Shown one piece after another: positions 59,390-64,000 of a stretch of DNA of 64,000 nucleotides. The position numbers and the translations under genes were made by a program. The stretch's first letter is position 1; each line of letters begins with the position of its first letter. The notes beneath the pieces were generated by a model. That model saw only the letters and a program-made list of their open reading frames with translations. It ran no database searches and was not told where the DNA came from. Source of the DNA: Tubiluchus corallicola (taxonomy: Eukaryota > Animalia > Priapulida); the NCBI GenBank assembly GCA_030141605.1, contig JAQGDQ010000210.1, forward strand, positions 248,001-312,000, written 5' to 3'.

Positions 59390-62300
59390 ATGATGCAAAC
59401 TTTCTCCAGCCTACGTGTTCCGGTTCTCGGATTTTTTGCAGCCGTCGTTATTTTGTGTAAGTAAATGTTGTCAATTTTATAGCATTTTCGCACTTTACGT
59501 TTTGTATCGAAGTTTTTTTTAAGAGATCCCTTTCGGTTGTTATGTACCTTTAAGCTACGCAGTAATAATGTCACGGAAATAATTTCTACAATGGTAGGAT
59601 TTTTGTATTGATCGTAATAATATTATTCTGGAGAACATTGACAAAGAAATCAACGTCGCATACAGTAGGCCTGTTTTGATTTAACGTATTTTTGATGACA
59701 CTATAGTTGTTAATTATAATTTATGTTGACTCAGTGCTATTGATGAAATTTCCCTTTCACTGTAAATTATTATTGTGTTCGGCAATGGCTGCTATAGTTT
59801 GCATAACCTCGTTAATATTGTCAATACCCAATATTGAAATTTTTATTGTCAATTCTATTATGTTTGTGTATGCACGTGCATACTTTTTGCCGTTAACGTA
59901 GCTTTAGAGGAGCCTCTGACTTCGAGTGTACGCAGCAATTTAATGCAATTTAGGATTTATTGAAGAATGGCGATACATATCAGTTCAATAACTTGTTTTA
60001 ATGTAGGCCTATAGGTTTTGACGTTACACATATTGATAGGACACGTAGTCAATATTATACAGCTTACTTCTTTACGACAAAATTAATGTCTGCTTTCTGA
60101 AACCCTAATAATGGCCACAGATGCGTTTCATTTAGAAGTTTCTTCACTTGTCTACTACAGCTTGGCTCGCTTAAGTGTAATTGTTATTATTCTTTAGTTT
60201 TTGAAATCTTCAATCTGAAAGTTCTGGTTAGCGTTTTGAAACGTCTTCTGGAATAACAGCTTTTTGATCAATCCGTTCGTTCATTCAATGAACTAAAAGA
60301 GCTTTAACCCTATTTAAAATTTTAAACATCGTCAGTTACCGACAGCCGATGTTTTTTTAACAAAGTGACTCGATATTTTCAAAATTTTCCCAAGCACTAT
60401 GTTCAGGAAGCCCTCGTGGCACTTTACTTGCGTCTTCGAAAAGAGACGAAACTGACCTTTAAACGTCGGGACCGACCGCTCTTAAAATGTACCGTCACCA
60501 GGGTGAGCAACAGCGGGGTTCAATTTCGCGCCATTTTTCATTGGAATTTTACACTGCTGCTAGCCGTGTAGTGTAATCGTAGCTAAGTTAGCTTGCTCAT
60601 TATGTGTGGGTATATTATATATTAAATCTGTTGACATGTTAATAGCGGTTATTGGTGGAATTTCTGCACATTTTTGAGTATAGCCCTTCTCTGTAGTAGA
60701 CTAGTAAATCTTGACTTCGCAGGTTTTGCACTTGGGCTCAGTCATGGTGAACACACAATTGCTTGCTACGAGTGCGCTTCCGCCCAATTCCGTAGAGATG
60801 ACGTCGATTACTGTGGCGACGAGTTCACTCCTGGTAAAGTAAATAAATCTGAACGCGTCTGCAGAACTTGTGTAAAACGAAGAAGTTTACTAGAAGGCCG
60901 GACTCTATTAATACCCAACTATACAAGTAAGCTTCCTAATTATATTTGCGGTTTAATATCTGGTGAATTCATTTTTGTTAACAAAATGCCACTCGCTGGA
61001 TAAAGAGTTTGGTATCGTGCGTGTTTTTAAACTAACAAGTGACAAGTATTTAGATGAATTATTTAAAGAAAGACGGGGTGATTTTTCATGTACTAACCTT
61101 TTTCAAGTACGGTAATTGTATACATTTTAACACCAAAAATACTGCAAAGGCGTTTCTGATAATTAAATAATAGATTAAAATCCTAATTAACGGCGGGCAA
61201 GGCTGACTATTGATTACATTACAAACTAACATAATTTACAACAGCAAAAAATAGTCTACGAGCGTGTTGCACGTGTTTACGAAAGCGAAATTGAAGAACA
61301 GGGCTACTGCAAGATATTCAGTGTGTAGTATTAAAATTAGGCAAGTTCTGAGATAAAAACGCAAATTTCAAATTTACCGCTGTGCTCACGCATGAGCTAT
61401 CGAACGTGTGCAGTTCGTCACAAACGAAAACGAACACCTCTGAACTGAGAGATACAGCACCTGGTTTTTGTGCAGCGAGTTTCCGAAATGCAGGCGCTGG
61501 TGCCCGTCTAACTAGGCGAAATGCATGTAATAACAAAGAACTAGTGACGCGAACCCGAGATTGCGTTTATGTAGTAATAATTCTTTCACGAAAGTCATTT
61601 TTGAAAAAATAGTATGTTTCCTTTCAATATTTTAAAGAGAAGATTGTCCTGACCTACACTTTAATATTCTGTCCGGTTTTCTTTTAAGTCTTTTGAGTAT
61701 AGTGTTCCTTAATATTTAAGTTAGAAAACTTAGCAAACTTAGTAAAAAATTTTGAAGTCGGTGCAAAAGCATTTTTCGGTTTCTTTGAACTGATCATAAA
61801 ACTCTCTAAAGCACCGTTAAACAGACATCCGGAATTGGTTCTTACTTATCTGGCTGCCTATAAACAATACCATAGGAATAGCTGCAGAAAACAATGTAAG
61901 GTTATTAATAGCGCATAACGCATTCTGCGTGTCTGCTAAACGCCGCTTAACGCATTCCGGACGTCTCGTAAACGCTGCTTAAGATTTCGGCTATCTAGTC
62001 CCCTAAGCTTGTCAGGCGTAAGGTACTAGTAATCCATGTCTCAAATGAAAACTCAGAACTATGACTTTTCGTGAAGTTCAAAGTCTAATACAATTATGTT
62101 AAACACAAAAGAGCCTCACCACTTTCTTTTTTTGGTGTTTGAAAACTTGATATAATAGAAATACAAACCAAAGTTTGTTAGCTGAGTTTAGTAGTTGGCA
62201 TTGTGGCTTATTTTTGTAGATAGCTACTAACCCACATCTATCTCATTAAAAAGTGTAGTGGCTTTTTATGTACATTTTCAGTTGTTGTCAACCGCAACTG

Positions 62301-62475
62301 CTTCGAAAAGAAAATTGTCTCAGGTGAACACTGCAAATACTCACGATTTGTTAAAGGTGCCATGGACACATGCTACTGCTACACAGACTTTTGCAACTCC
62401 GGACACGAGATGGAGCCACTTGCTGTTGCACTGTTGGCAGAAATTGCTGGAGCAGTGTGTCTTATTTATTTCTGA
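59390..62475 (+). CDS. GPI-anchored three-finger Ly6/uPAR-family protein (quiver/sleepless-like), 3 exons, 154 aa
   Basis: Exons 59390-59456 (signal peptide MMQTFSSLRVPVLGFFAAVVIL, phase-1 GTAAGT donor), 60723-60926 (IACYEC..C..CRTCVK), 62282-62475 (NRNC..C..TCYCYTDFCN plus hydrophobic tail). Ten Cys, CxCxxDxCN end motif, hydrophobic C-terminal GPI signal, AATAAA at 62815. Confidence 0.85.
61063..61687 (-). mobile_element. Longest copy of the TTAA-flanked (Kolobok-like) non-autonomous element, in intron 2 of the Ly6 gene
   Basis: TTAA at both ends with AG/AAG..CTT termini; homologous to 2330-2878, 23199-23584 and a degenerate copy near 53040-53240. Confidence 0.75.
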
Positions 62476-62887
62476 CTTTTCGAGGACATGCAAATTACAT
62501 TGGAATATCTATGGTTTGAAAATTGTACGGTCGTTGAATGAAAGCGATTTCGTACCATGATTTTGAGCACTTCCTTGAAGATTAAAGCAGCAGCTTACAG
62601 CTCTCAGTCAGCCCTAAATACTTTCTAATCTGCCACATCATGTGTCTTGCTGTAGATTTGAACAGCCAAAATAATACGCTGAAACTTATTGTAGTATCTC
62701 GTTACTGGTTTCGGCTACTTAAGCAAGTAACACCGGTGTGTCTCCATCACTTTAATGATTTTAACCTTATGTGCACCATTATTGCTTTGTTGTATATATT
62801 GTAAGTTATTTAAAAATAAATTGTTGTGCACTACTTTTATTGAATAATATTTAAAAATAGCCAAGGAATAGCTGGTTTGTCACGTTA

Positions 62888-62945
62888 ATCGACCGAACTT
62901 AAGCCACTTTGAGTCTGATCAATAAATGGATGGGTGACCACTAAA
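62888..62945 (+). pseudogene. 5S rRNA-derived fragment (5S pseudogene or SINE3-like head)
   Basis: atcgaccgaacttaagc..gagtctgatcaataaatggatgggtgacc resembles the 5S internal control region (GAAGTTAAGC..GTACTTGGATGGGTGACC). Confidence 0.5.
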
Positions 62946-64000
62946 AAACTGCTTCTGGCCAGTTTTTTCTACCATACTACCCACGGTTATTTCTTTTGCT
63001 GATAGAGCATCTATCCACCTATAAACATGAGCAAACATTCATGTACAGGGTGTCCCAGAACTCACTATTCACTATTCTCTTTACATTTTTAACGAACAAA
63101 GCAAAGCGTTCTAACGTATTTACACAAGAACTAAAAACTTTGGTAACTCTTTTAGTTAAACTAGACGGAAAGGGAGTATTAATTCACACTTAAACAAAGT
63201 ATGACACCTACATTGGTTCAGTGACTCACTTTAGAGGACCATCCTTGATAAGGAGGTAGAATTTGGTCCCACTACAGTTATTCAGTAACAGTATATCTGT
63301 TGGTATACGGCATTAGATTCTAGCTTGCTGAACTGTATTAAAATTAATCATAGAAATTATAATTTTGTTCGTCAGTGTCGTGTCTTTAGAAATTACTACA
63401 GGTTCTAGTTTAACGCCTGAGAAAATTCAATGGCGTCCAATTGCACTTCGTCCCCCTTAAGCCTCGGACCCAACTGTGAGACAGCATTGCATGTAGCAGA
63501 CAAGACAAGTGTATCCTGAAGCCATTGCATTTTTCATAACAATCTTTAGTTTCTCATAACAATGGCGTCAGTCACATCCTGGTAATCAGCCTCGAACTCG
63601 GACCGTGAGCCAAAACTTCAGTGCGGTTCCTGGCGCCAACGAGCGCACTTCATTAGTGAATTCCAGTCTGAGTGTATAATGCTTCATACTCATCTTATCC
63701 ATGTTATTACATTTACAATAAAAGGTTTCTCTAAAACCACCATACTGACTAGTTTTGTGTTGGTGTTCATCGTTGTTACATTGGTCCGTGACCAGGATGT
63801 GATTAGCGCCATTGTTATGAGCGTTCGGTTACAAATTCTTTAAATCAAATGGAAAAAGGAAACGTTAAAACGATGGGAATGATACGATCTTGCTAACCTG
63901 ATAACAATGTTTTCAAACTCTGAGGGGAATAAATTACAAAAAGGGGATGGAAAAAGAGAATCTCGCCAGGACAAAAAGGAGTTGGAAATTAATAAGAAAT

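Noticed and set aside
62473-62541. TGA-C stop of the Ly6 gene as a readthrough site giving a 21-codon tail
   Set aside because: Context is TGA-CTT, not the strong TGA-CTAG; an extension of this length is expected by chance

Overview
AT-rich, intron-rich genomic DNA from an invertebrate animal, probably a bilaterian; not prokaryotic. Four spliced protein-coding genes were reconstructed by hand with consistent splice phases. (1) Alpha-actinin on + (CDS 4782..25784, 19 exons, 899 aa), with a tandemly duplicated and probably mutually exclusive 79-nt exon in the CH2 domain. (2) A CCDC170-like coiled-coil gene on - (47821..29694, about 837 aa), with a probable GC-AG intron, a 28-nt microexon and an RFX X-box upstream. 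(3) MRPL49 on + (49298..56416), head-to-head with CCDC170. (4) A GPI-anchored three-finger Ly6/uPAR (quiver/sleepless-like) protein on + (59390..62475). Introns and intergenic DNA hold many non-autonomous DNA transposons (hAT with 8-bp TSDs, TA-flanked Tc1/pogo-type, TTAA-flanked), decayed LINE 3' ends, microsatellites, a tRNA-like head and a 5S-like fragment. The most unusual signal is a dispersed family of fold-back palindromes carrying a minimal hammerhead-ribozyme motif on each arm (Penelope/retrozyme-like). All coordinates were read by eye and no database searches were run.
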